Source: Takakia lepidozioides
Lineage: Eukaryota > Plantae > Bryophyta
Length of the DNA stretch: 64,000 nucleotides
NCBI GenBank assembly: GCA_030704615.1
Contig: CM060732.1
Span: 3,286,001-3,350,000, forward strand
Direction of reading: 5' to 3'
Shown here: piece after piece, positions 25,613-38,300 of the stretch
Layout: each line of letters opens with the position of its first letter
Position numbering within the stretch: the stretch's first letter is position 1
Position numbers and translations under genes: made by a program
Notes under the pieces: model-generated
Database searches by the model: none
The model's input: the letters and a program-made list of their open reading frames with translations, nothing else
Told to the model about the DNA's origin: nothing

Positions 25613-27449
25613 AGATTGCCATTTTAATCTGAGTGGATTCTTTGTTTCATTTGTTTTTTTTCTGCCGGAACAACTGCAATGAAGCAAGGGAATTCAATCT
25701 TTTCCGAAGAGGATGAAAACAGAACATTAAAAATGCGAAGTTCAGTCTGACTCAGAGTCAGTACAATGTATCCCGCTGTCCCTCTACATCCAAGTCCAAG
25801 AATTTAAGAAACTCCGGGTCTACGATGGCTACACCTGCGATCGGCAATGCTGTATTACTCAACACAGTCAGGTGCGAATAGAGCCTCGTCCATTCCTCTC
25901 AATCAATGCATTGCCATTGCTTTGGCATATCACAGGAAAAAGCATCCCAAATTTGTGTCCGAAACTGGGGCGTGTCTGTCGAATCTTCCAATATAGTCTC
26001 GCCACAATGGATGGGGGCGCTCTGCTCGAGTGATCCATATGACGACATGCCCTCGCTCGCCTGCTCTCCTGCAAATCCCAGCAAGAAAAAAGTTATTACA
26101 CTCCACCCAATGATTTGATGTCTGCGATTTGAACATGGCACCCAAAGTGGATGACAATTCCATGGCATACTTACTCACATGAAAAGTCTTGCGCCTGCTT
26201 ATCCTCGGATCCTCATCATTTCGGATTGAATCGTTCAGTCTGTGTGCCTGATGTAGAGCCAGACAAAAGGGGGAGGAGCACAGTATTGTATAGGTCAGAG
26301 TCACCATGCCAAAAAGGGTTCTTCCGCCTGCCTTGCACGCATGGTATCATCAGGATCCCTAAACTCCAAAGGCACCTTAAGCGATTGGGGAAGAGGGTTA
26401 TGCGCCATCACCACCCGCAGCAAGCCGCCTCCACAAAGCACATAAGCAATGAAGCAAAGCAGGCACAATTGCAAGGCACTAGAAAGGAGGGAGAGAGACT
26501 TCCTAGCACAAATGCCCTTGCTAAACTTAAAACCAGAGGAGGGAAGATGCCACTGTGAATGGCTAAACTTAAAACCAGTGGAGGGAAGATGCCACTGCAT
26601 TCACAGCGGTGTTTCCTGCTGCAAGAGAGACAAGGCGCCGCCTTCGCGCCTCCCCAGGCGCTCGTCCAGCATGGGTACGATACCACAAACGGGGCAGCTA
26701 CCAAAGCACGTCCGCCATAACACTCTCCCCGCGAGCTCAGAAGCACATCGCGTGCTTCTGACAGCGGGAGAGACAACATAGGGTTTCTTTTCCCCCGATT
26801 TTTCATCCGTGGATGAAAAACAGTAGAACACATCCTTCTACCTTGACGGATTTCATCCGCAGCAGGGTTAAAAATAGGTTTTATGGTAGGGGTTAGGGTT
26901 TCCACCGTAATTAATCATAATTAGGGGTAGTAAAGATCAATTCCAGGCCATAATCACGTCATCCATAAACAGCTCACTTATGTCAGGATGAAAAAGTGGG
27001 GAGTATCATCTGTGGCAGCGGTTTACCTCCATCTAGGTAATTTCATCATTCCTCACCAGACCATCCGGTATGGATCAAAAGAGTCAATGAAAGAGGAATG
27101 AAGAAAATTATTATCCTGGTAGTTTTTCAACCGGTATGGATAAAAAACAGGATGTTGTTGGCAACCTTCATAGAGGTAATTTTTTCATTCCATGGTGACT
27201 CATCCAGTATGGATGAGACTCAATAAAGGAGGAATGAAAAAAGCCAAAAAACCATCCTAAAGGTAATTCAGTGTCCATCCTGGTGGCTCATCCAATATGG
27301 ATGAAAAAAACCGATAGAGGATGGATGAGCCTCTGTCAAAACTTCATCCGGTATGGGTGAAAAAACAGGAAATCAACACTGATAGCAAACTACGAGTTTC
27401 CAGTAGAGAGGGAGACAGAGGGAGAGAGGGGGCACCCGCCAACCAGCCC

Positions 27450-27514
27450 CTGGTATGGCAGTCCCTTATGGAGTGAGTGTGGTATGCACTCACCCCGTAA
27501 GGGAGTGCATACCA
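27450..27514. repeat. Imperfect hairpin with ~30-bp arms
   Basis: CTGGTATGGCAGTCCCTTATGGAGTGAGTG pairs with CACTCACCCCGTAAGGGAGTGCATACCAG. Confidence 0.7.
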
Positions 27515-27924
27515 GACCCCTTCATAATTTTTCTCCTTCTGCAATATAGTTTCCCACCCTTGGACACATTCGCCAATGGGGCAGGAAAGGCCTATATCCT
27601 CTCCTCAAACTTGCTTAAGCCTTTGATCGGACAAGAAAGGACAGTGATGATGGTGTTTGTACGCACTATCTACCATCTTCCGTTATTGTTATTTCATTAC
27701 CAGTCTGACCTACTAACAAGGATTTTTATGGTCTGGCAGTTGGCCAGCATATAAGTTCCTGAGTTGGAGGGGTGTACATCAAGTTCGCTTTGGGGTTTCA
27801 GTCCCTGGCCTCCATTTTTTCCAGCAATGCAAACTACCACTAGTCACGGCAAGTGACTTCAAGTACCAATATGCAAGGGCTGGACTCTGGAGTTTTGGAG
27901 GATTCTGAGAATCTAAACATACCG

Positions 27925-29583
27925 GAGGAAGGTTGCAGGCTGATGAGACCTACGCCCATGGCAGGAAATTCATAACTCATGCGGCGAAGCCTACCCCTTT
28001 GGGATTCATATATATGCTATACCCAAACCGAGGTATGGAATGGATCAGCCCTAAGAACCTGATTAAGGAAGCTCTGGTGACTCATGCACAACCAGACCTG
28101 GCTCTCCTTGTTGATGAGATTGTCTTTGGATGGACCTATCATAAACAATGCAGCACTGAATTTTAGCAGCCTGCTTTTGTTTTCCGAGACTTCAACTTCA
28201 TGCAAGATCTGATTATGTCACCAGAATGCGCATGTGATGGAACTAACAGGTTTCGTGCGTTTTGTGATGAGGCTACGGTAACAGAGTTCCATTTACCTGG
28301 GTCTGTTCCCAAACAACACGTACGTACCATGGATCTGATCATCATCAGACATGAGAGACTGGAAGCCGTGTTCAGCCTAGGTATGAATCACATCCCTCTC
28401 AAATGTACCTTGTTGAAGGATGTAGTTGAGCAAATCCACTCTGCATTTTTCAAAGACATGTAACATTCTACAAGTAGATACTTGTGAGAATTGGGTGTTA
28501 TCATGCAGCCAATGGTTGAAAAACACATGCTAGGATAGACTGAAACAAAAAGCCAGCAGACGCAATGGCCGTTTCAATCATCATGAAAGAAATCCTTTTA
28601 TTGTGCAAGAGGCACGGGATGAACTTACATGGCTTCTTTCTCACTTTTACATGTCTGGGCTTGACAAGGCTAACAATAATGTATGTTTTATGTGTGTGAA
28701 GCACATAAGAACACAAGCATACCATCGGCTGACGGTAAAGATTTCAAACCCTGTTTTGAAAATGAGGTATGGCTTTCACCCGATTCTGTCTTGAGAAGCA
28801 TTTATGAAGAATTACAGAACTTGCCCTCTGAAATACCAGTAGCAGCATGTAACCCTACATGATGGGAATTTACAAGCTACACAAAAAGAAGTACCGCTGG
28901 ATTACCAACGCCCATAATTGTATTTTCAGCGAACTTGCCAGTCTATTGACACGTGCGACCATGGATCTATTGCCTCTGGTAAAGGAATGGGTCAAAGCAC
29001 GGCTTGACACTTATGAAAAAAATTTCAAAGTGTCCACTTCCATGTATTGGATAATAGAAGCATCTCTGATTTTACTCTGAATTTGCCTGCAAGGATCCAT
29101 GATGTGTTTGTCGCGGACATCACTCAATGTTACAAAAACATACCCTTGACAAGTGAAGTCAGTTTGGAATATGTGGTTCAGATTGCCTTCCGGCAATACC
29201 ACATTGCTCACCCTCGATCCAATCACTCATTATGGATCCCAGCCAGGAACAACACGTTCGGGAAATGTAGGTGGGGACCCTCTTCTCCTAAGACTGGTAC
29301 GTGGATTGAGCTCTCCGAAGCTAGATTGCTTGGGCTCCATAAGTGGTTGATGACTCATTGTTTTGTTGCATTGGGAGATCGAGTTTGGCAGCAAGTTTCT
29401 GGTATACCCATGGGTTTTTCATGTTCTCCTCTATGGTGTAACATTTACTTCCTGTCCTATGAGATTAAATTTATTCTCCGACTTGCTACTATTGGACAGT
29501 TCCAGCTTATGACTAAATTCAAGTCAGCCTTCAGGTACATCGATGACATATGTTGGTTGACTGTCGGTGATGCAAAGTTGTAA
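27925..29583 (+). mobile_element. Degenerate, truncated Penelope-like retroelement RT (Naiad/Chlamys-like)
   Basis: Motifs HVRTMDLIII...LGMNHIP, LDKANNNVCFMC, YRWIT, VADITQCYKNIP, WQQVSGIPMGFSCSPLWCNIYF and FRYIDDI, spread over frameshifted ORFs 28200..29583. Confidence 0.82.
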
Positions 29584-29940
29584 GTACACTGGAAAATGAA
29601 GAGAGTGGGAAGATATTCATGTCATGTCAAGACATGGATAAGACCCATAAGGGTCATTGTCAATTAAAGACATAAATAGCCCTAGATAGGGCACTATCTC
29701 ACACTTCCAGTCTTGTCAAATCATCCCAAATGACACCACCCAATCATCCAAGACAAAAACAAGGTGGGAGGGCGGGGTTTGTTCTTGTGTGGGACAAGAT
29801 AAGATATTGCTGCCCCTTTGCAGGCTGCAAGGCCTCTTGGTTCAGCCTGCACACATACCTTACCAGCAGGTCATGTATTGAAGGAGCACAAAATATGGCT
29901 TGCAGAAGGGACACCTAGGAGATTGGGAAAAAAAGTAGCA

Positions 29941-31200
29941 GATGCAATTGAGCATAGGAACTAGAGTGATAAGTTGAGTTGGGTGTTTCCTAGAACAAAT
30001 GTAGGCTGTCATTGTCAGCTGCTAGCAGCAAGGGAATGATGTATGCATGATTTGTGCAGAGGCATGGATAGCTCAAGGAGCAGGGATAGAGTGTGGGTCC
30101 AGATTCATCCAAGAAGGCCGCATTTCAAGCTCCACATTACCTACGATTCATTGTGGAAGGATAGCTACAAGACCTGCATGGGTAGATGGTCAACTGGAAG
30201 CCACCGCAGCAGCGGCGCCACGCTTGATAAAATCAGACACTGCTAATGATGGCACCTTCTTCAACACATCTCACCCTATTTTTTCCTCTTATCAAGGACA
30301 ATGTGGTGAGGGCACCTTCTTCTTCGACCTATTTCAACCTGTTTTGCCCTCACATCAGACTCGGCCCTGAGATGCATATTGAATTCTGTAAGTTAGCTCA
30401 TTGGGTGGATCTGTGGTGGTTTGGGGTGACTTTGACAAGTAGGGTTGGGTTGTTTGCTAGAAGAACTTCACGCCATCAGTGTCAGCTACTAGCAGCAAGG
30501 CTGAGGATGTATTCATGATTGTACACAGGCAGGGATAGCTGAAGGACCAAGGATAGAGGTCCAGATTCATCCAAGAGGGCCGGATTTCAAACAAGTTTAG
30601 GGTCTGATTCCCTGTGGATCAGTAGCTACAAGTGGGTAGATGGTCAGCTGGAAACAGCAGTGGCAGCAGCACAATTGGTAGAACAAGGCACTGCTAATGA
30701 AGGTACCTTCTTCAACACATTTCACCCTGTTTTTCCCTCTTATCAGAATCGGCCCTAAATTTTCATGTTGAATTCTGCAAGTTAGCTGGTTGAGTGAACC
30801 TTAAATAGTTTGGAGTGACTTTGACATGATACTGCCAATGTGACAACAGGAAAGTGTCCAGAAACAGGTAACAGAGATGATGAAAAGCTGTGGAAAGAGT
30901 ACTTTCTGACCCCAGTCAATGGTGGGACACCCGAGGCAAAAAGGTGAATGCCTTTATAATTACAGAGAGTAGCAGACGCAATTCAACATAGGAATGAGTG
31001 TGATAAGCTGAGTTGGGTGTTTCCTAGAACAAATGTAGGCTGTCATTATCAGCTGCTAGCAGCAAGGCAACGATGAATGCATGATTTGTGCAGAGCCATG
31101 GATAGCTGAAGGAGCAGGGATAGAGCGTGGATCCAGATTCATCCAAGAGGGCCAGATTTACCTTGCACAAGATTACCTATGATTCCCTGTGGATCAATAG
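29941..31200. repeat. Local diverged triplication (about 29941-30430, 30480-30830 and 30976-31200)
   Basis: GTCAGCT.CTAGCAGCAAGG...CATGATT...GGATAGCT.AAGGA...CCAGATTCATCCAAGA.GGCC occurs three times. Confidence 0.75.
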
Positions 31201-31650
31201 CTGGGAGTGCCATGATTGCAGGATATGGGCGGCATGGGGATTGGATGTATGAGCAAATGTTGCAGGAAGGGGTGAAGCCCAACCACATCACATTCGTTTG
31301 CATTTGTGCAAATGTGTGTACAAGCCTGGCAGCCCTGCAAAATGGCAAGAGGTCTATGGTGACATCATCAAAGCTGGAATTGTACTAGATGTCATTTGGA
31401 AGGAAGGAGGCAGTTCAGCAGTTCTTATGTCTCTCTCTTGCAATGCATGTGCAAGCTTGGCATACGTGGGAAAAGGACAAGAGAGCTCCATGGTGACATC
31501 GTCAAAGTTGGAATCATTCCACATGTCATTTTGAACTGATGAAAATGTGTGCCAAACATGGGAGCATTGAGTGTTTGAGAATATGGCTAACGAGATGATG
31601 GGGTGTTATGGAACTCGATGATTGCAGGATATGCCTCTCATGGGTGAAAA
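31200..31650 (+). pseudogene. PLS-class pentatricopeptide repeat (PPR) pseudogene fragment
   Basis: SAMIAGYGRHG...MLQEGVKPNHITFVC, VYGDIIKAGIVLDV, CNACASLA and LWNSMIAGYASHG, with frameshifts. Confidence 0.8.
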
Positions 31651-32361
31651 GCTAAATGGATTCTAAAGTTTTGGCATGGTTGGAGCTCGAGTCGTCATCC
31701 CATATGACAGATGCGTATAGTCAGGTAGGCCTAACAACATTGCTAAGCATGGTCTTTTTTACTTCAGTTTTCTAATCCCTTTATAGTGGACTAATTTCGT
31801 TTGTCTAATTGTCTGTGGGTGAAACACAGGTAGTTGGTGTGAGAGCAGAGTCTGGTTATAGTTCTAAGTCCATGTATGCTATGGAGTTCCAGGCAGGGAC
31901 ACAACAGGTTGATATAGTTAATTCCATGTCACAGACGATGATTTCCTTCTCAAAATGTAGCAAGAAGCATGTCCTCTGAAGGAGACTTCTCTTTTTATGT
32001 GCGGAGGTTTGTATGGAAGTTCTGCAACCACTAGGAGTGCTTGGTTCCCAACCCACAATCAATGTACATCACTAGTGAAGTAGTGCATTTCACCAGTTGC
32101 ATCTATCACTTCAACACTCTAGTTGTCGACTCCACTTGGGGGGCTGCTATTTCATGAGCGGCATGAGCATGAGCGGGAAAAAAAAAAGAGCATGAGCAAA
32201 CCATTGTGAGTCCACGGAAATAGGGTTAGGAGGCACGAAAATAGGGTCATGTGAAGTTGGAATGTGGCACCAGTGGACTTGAAATGCAACATTTTATTGC
32301 AAATTTTGTGGCAAGCCACGTCTATACAAGTGTGTTCTAACTGTCATAGCCGGAATGGGCA

Positions 32362-35300
32362 CTACTCTCCTACACCCTCCGAGGAACTTGCCCCACCTTC
32401 TTCCTCATCCCCCTCATCCCCCGAGCTCTGTGATGCATCAGTTCCACTATGCCTCTCAAAAATCCCGTCCTCTCCTTGGGGGACTGTCCACCTCACCTCC
32501 TGGGAATCTTCTGCGTCTTCTCCCCCACTTTCCTCAGCAGAATCCAAGACAAATTTACGAGCCCGACGGGCTCTAATAGCTGCTGTCTCCTCCCTCATCT
32601 TTATTTTCTTGAGGCTTGCCTCGTCTAAAATCTGCTGTACACGACTAGGTTTGGAACACCTCCTAATGGACAACGAAGCAAGCCGGGCAGCATAAGTAGG
32701 AAGGATGTACTCCCTTTCGGGACTAGGCATGAAATCCCCCCTGGCAAAAAAAGGCACGTTCCTCCTGCCCATGAACTCCGGTGTAGACGTCCCTCCGGTA
32801 GTACTTGGCATCCTACAGTAAGAACAAATCCACTTCAAGAATGTCAATACCAGCACAACCAGAAAGGGTTTTCAATGAAATAAGAGAGCAGAGGGAGGTG
32901 CCTCACGAAATCTGGAGGCAACTTACAATGCCACCACTCACTCGTAAACCGGGGGCTCCTCGGCCTCAATCCCAACTTCCTCCCCCTGCTCCTTCTCGGA
33001 TTTTTCCTCATCCTCCAAGGATGCCTCTTCCTCTTTCGGCAGACGTTCAGCCGCTGCAAGTTCCGAGTTGTGGAGGGCAGTATCTGGCTCGAAGGCGTCG
33101 GACAACGTCCCTGCCCACATTGAAGCACCTGAGGAACAAAGCGGGCGGTTAATAGCTTGCGGCATGCAATTGCAATCGGGCCAGGGGACAAACTGAGCAT
33201 GTGAAGGCTTACCCGTGCCGCATGTGAGGTCCAGAATCCGCCCTTGGACATCCGAGCACGTCTCCATGAGGGTTTGGATGAAAGTAGGGCTCCGGGTCCG
33301 GCTGTACCACCACGGTTTGCCTGTCTTTGTGTCCTTCGGCATACTGGAGTGGGGCACATAGTTGTAGAGGACATCGCAGGTTACAGGGTCCACAACGGCA
33401 TCAACAAGACGACCGTCGTTGCAGAATTTGAACGTAGACCCTCTCTTCACAAAGCAATATGCCTCAAATACCAATGTCTGCACATCCAACAAAGAAGGGA
33501 TCAACTCCAGGGTCTACTTAACATACACCACAATATGAAGTGAATGCAATAGATTGATAACTTACACTTTGGCCCTCTGTTCGCAACCCCTGTGTACTGA
33601 TGCAGAACCATTTTCTGAGGAGGACCGGGGTGACACTTTTTGGTGTCCACCTTGCCACCGCATTCTCTGTGGTCTTCCCTCTCGTGGCAAGGACAACCAC
33701 ACATCCACCGTCATCCAGAAGCATCCCCGCCAGCCCAAACCCGGCTTTCCAGTAGTCCTCAGTAAACCTGTTCCAGGTGGGCACACCATCCAGGCCCTCC
33801 AGCAGCTCCCCATCTGGAATGTCGAGGAGAATCATGTCGCAAGCTCTCTCCACCTCAACCCCCCCCCCCCCCCCCGAGTGCTCTTGCAATTCGTGCTCAC
33901 AGCCGTGAAGAATTCCATCATGGCTTCAAACCAGGGGTGTCTTTAGGCTCTGTACCGCCAGCCCTCTTCTTGGCTTTCCCCTTCTGCTCCGCTAGAGACT
34001 TGCTGTTTGCCACCTTCTTCGCCCTGGCAGCGAGAGCGTCAAGGAAGCTCTCATTGACGCATTGGATGATGGTTAGAGGTTCTAGCTTTGGCCTGTGCGT
34101 AAACGTCACCGCCGAATACCGCCGTGTAGGCTCGCCCTCAAATGCCAACTTCTTGGCAGAGCCAGTCCCACTCCGAACTGACTTGGGAACCCGGACGACC
34201 GGTGATTGGGTAGGAGCAACAGCAGTCGCAGGACCTTGAACAAAGTTGTCATCCGAGTCACTCTCTTGGGTCCCCTCCTGCGCCTCCTCCGATGCCCCGA
34301 TGGTTTTCTTCTTTTTGGGTGTTACTGCACTCACCTGTTTCCTTGTCCTTTTCCTTTGGCCTTTACTCTTCTCATGCAATTTCTCCTGAATTCCTGCCTG
34401 AGCAAGCTCTGCCGCTTTCCTGGAGTTCGCAAGCGCTTTTGCCTCTTTTGCACCCAACGGAGGCAGCAGAGCCCGGTTTCGTCGGGATTCAGCATCCAGC
34501 TTCAATTGAAACTCGGATGGGTCGAGCGAGCCGGGCGGAAGGTCCACATACCAAGGGCAATCACGCAAATGTTCCAGATGCCACTCCTTCACAATATCGT
34601 CAGTGTACATGGAGTCAGCCCCAGGGTTCCTCCATGCCAGGAAGAATGGTGGCTCAAAAGACAGATGACCTTTCTCCAAAAGGGAGAACTTGCAGTACCT
34701 GCATTCATGAAAAACACAATGAGGTCCTTGAAATGCATATTCGGCACCATTTTCCCAGGTTGGGGCGAATGTGAGTGGGCCTAGAAATGGAAAAATGGCG
34801 CCGAATTTCGGTTTTCGGTGACTGCCACCCTAGGGACTAAGCCATCTTGGGAGCCCTGAACTGGAAATTCGGCGCCATTTTTCCCGGTTTGGCCCGAAGA
34901 TGGCTAAGTCCCAGAACCGCAATAGGGCCTAGAACTGGAAAAATGGCGCCGAATTTCCAGTTCAGGGCCAGCCAGTCTAGGGACTTAGCCCGAAAATGGC
35001 TAAGTCCCTGAACGGCAATAGGGCCTAGAACTGGAAAATGGCGCCGAATTTCCAGTTCGGGGCCCGCCAGTCTAGGGACTTAGCCCGAAAATGGCCAAGT
35101 CCCTGAACGGCAATAGGGCCTAGAACTGGAAAATGGCGCCGAATTTCCAGTTCCGGGCTAGCCAGTCTAGGGACTTAGCCCGAAAATGGCCAAGTCCCTG
35201 AACGGCAATAGGGCCTAGAACTGGAAAATGGCGCCGAATTTCCAGTTCAGGGCCAGCCAGTCTAGGGACTTAGCCATTTTCGGAGCCCTGACTGGAAATT

Positions 35301-38300
35301 CAGCGCCATTTTCCCTAACACCACATGAGGCCTCTAACATCCTGAAATGCAAGGACTTGAAAGAAAGGCAGCGCGTATATACCTGTACAGAAGGCGCATT
35401 GCTGCTTTGTCCGCGTTCGGCTGGTCGGTGAACTCGTGGCTCCGGCGAGCATCTGCTATCTCCCGAAAGAATAGGTTGGTTTTGTAGAGCAGAAAGTACC
35501 TCGTCACATAGTCACGTAGGCTCTCTGCTACAGGAGATATCTCCATCTTGAACTGATGTGCTTGTGTGTCCAGTTGCTCTTGCGCATTCGTCGTCACCTG
35601 TGGAGATTCTCCATCAGATCGCTTTCCTGAAAAAATACAATGAATCCACCCCCTACTAGAGTAGAAGCCCCAAACGAAGCGTGGGGAAGTACCTGAAACC
35701 ACCATGTCATGCGGTTCATCCACATGTCGAATGTGGGGTCAGAGAGTTTGTCCGGTTTGGGGAAGCTCCACATGTCCCTGGTACTTTGGGAACCATTCCA
35801 GATTTGGAGCCACCGGGTCTGTCCAACCACCCAGCATATTCGTAAGCGCCAAACACCACAAAAAGGAGTTGTTGCCACCACAATTTGGTTAAGAATGTAT
35901 CACCTTTTCTGTTGCATCCACATAGGATGTGGCTAGACGATGGAGCTTCTCCAATGTCATCGTGGGCTTCAGAGCGCGAGAGTAGTGCTTCCCCACCTCC
36001 ACCAGAAAGTCGGCACCAAGGGCGGGATCAGTTATGGCCACGTACTTTACCATCCGCGACTTGTACTTTATGCGGGCCCTCACCTCCGCAGCTTTGACAT
36101 ACGATTCGAGTTCCAGGAGGGTTGGATTCTTCTCCTCTGACTCCATGTAGAACCTCCGCGCATGTGCCAAATCCTGCTGTATTTTTGTCTGTCAAGAATG
36201 CACACATAAGATTAGAGATCCTGCTCACACAATTTCTTCTATTGGGGGAGGAGATTAGAAATCATGGTGAAGACCTTTTCTTCTATTGGGGGAGGAGAGA
36301 CAGATTAGCTCGACAAAACTGTCAGGAGCTTTACCCGAAATATGTAGTCCACCATAGCGTCGACGCTCAGCCTATACCAGGTTCTGTCTGCCTTTGCCTC
36401 CGACTTGCGCAGGAGGTCGGCACTGAGGGAATTGGCAAACTCTTGCACCCCCTGCTTCCCGACATCCTTCACTCGGAAGAGCATATGGGACAAGTTGGTG
36501 GCAATGAAGGCATTCTCAGTCACCCTGCAGTGCCACATTTCCATCAAACAATACTGAAATGGGAATTTTCATCATATATGAGGATTCGCAATGAAATGAC
36601 TTCCAAATTCAAAGTCCAAAAGCGAGAGGCGTTGTAGCTTACGAGTTGATGTCGGCCATTGCAGCTTTGAGAAGACTGCGATCTTTGGGCCCCGCAACCT
36701 TCAGCACAACACAATCCACGGCGAAATGCCAATCGAGGTCGTTGGGGTGGGCTTGGGCAATGTGCTCCATCTATGCCAGGAGGCGATGATTGCTGTCCCA
36801 CACGTAGAACATCTTACCGGACAAGTGCTGGAAAAGAGGATCACTAGCAATCGATCTCTCGAACTCCTCATTTCGCGTTTGCCAATGGGGACCCCATTTG
36901 TCCACCTCATCGGAAGTGTGGGCACGGGAAGCTCCGTGGTCGTTCTCAATGGAAACGTAAAACGCGGCAGACCCCATTCGATATCCATCCCGGAAAGAGA
37001 ATTTCAGCTTGTCGATATCGCCTGGGAGGGCAGGTCTCACCACCTGCAATGACACCAAGCGGCAAAGGGGAATTCGAAGCTTGGCCGGGTACACCATGCC
37101 CCCCAGCACCCTGCCAATGTTGCTGTGGGTTGCCTCCAACATCTTGGCAGCGGCCAACTTCATATCCGCCTCAGACATGACGTCTGCTGCAGAGGGGTTT
37201 TCCGGCAGTCCACCAGGACCGCCAAATCCAGCCTGTATGCTCCGGGTTTGGGGCCTGGGGATGTCCGGGAGGATGTCATCCTAGTCAGAAAGCTCCCTGT
37301 CGTCCTCCTCAACAGGTCAGCCACCTGCGAAACCACCTCCAGCACTCTCCCCGTCTCTACTGCCCTTTCCCTGGCTTCACCTCAAACTTGCACAATCCGT
37401 GCTCTTTCTGGTGTTCTTTCCTCTCCTCCATCTCCACCGTATGGGTAATTGCAGGGGCTGCTCTTGCCCGCGATGGTCTAACCGGTGTGTTACTGCCTCT
37501 CTGTGGTGTCTTGGAGGGATCCACCGTCTCTGTGCGTCCCTTGCTTACATTGGCATCTGTCATTTGGGCACCCCTGGCCTCTTCAGTGGCCTTTTCTCTT
37601 TCCTCCTGGCTAGCATTCTGTCTCGTCTGTTCTTTTGCCCTCTCTTTTGCCCTCTCACGGGCTTTCTGTTTCTTACTAGGGCTAGCAGCAGGGGAGCCCT
37701 CCAGGACGACCACTTTTGATTGAGGCGAACTGACACCCTCGCGCGCACTGCTCACTCCCCCCTCCGCAGCCCGTGACGGCTCTCTCGCCGGGGATTGCAT
37801 GTGCTTAGCTTTCTTCTTTTTCTTTGCGTGGGCGGGCCCTACTGCATGTGCATCAACAACCTCCATTGCCGGATCTGCTGTCCTCATGTCCTCACGCCCT
37901 TCACTTGCCATGCCGCCTGCACCAACCTCCCCAATGCCTATTCTGTCGTACTCTCGTTGCAAGTCCTCCCGTCCACCAACAAAAGGTTTAAGTTTGCCCT
38001 CTTGCCCCAAGTTGGGCGATTCAAACATGCGATGAGTTGGAGCTGTCGATGATACCACCAGCGTGCCGGGCTCGTCGTCACTCTGTCATTCCCAAAAATC
38101 GTGAAAACCAACATCGGTGCAAAAACCAGCATCGCAACGAGCAGCGCAACCACCATAGCAACAATCGTGTAACAAAAATGAAAACATAACAAGTTTAGGA
38201 AGTATGGAGAGCCATGCAACAACAATGAAAACAATGCAACCATTGCCTGAGAATGACATGCACAAGCAGCCTTCTCCAGAGCTGCCGGATTTGCACACGC

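Noticed and set aside
27936-27975. Possible hammerhead ribozyme (CTGATGA...GAAA) near the Penelope fragment
   Set aside because: Stem II does not close correctly before GAAA, and I could not find stems I and III.
37282-37284. TAG shared by both cargo copies (also at about 59955) as programmed readthrough
   Set aside because: It could equally be a splice acceptor (CTGACTAG|G) or a shared ancestral mutation; this cannot be decided from sequence alone.
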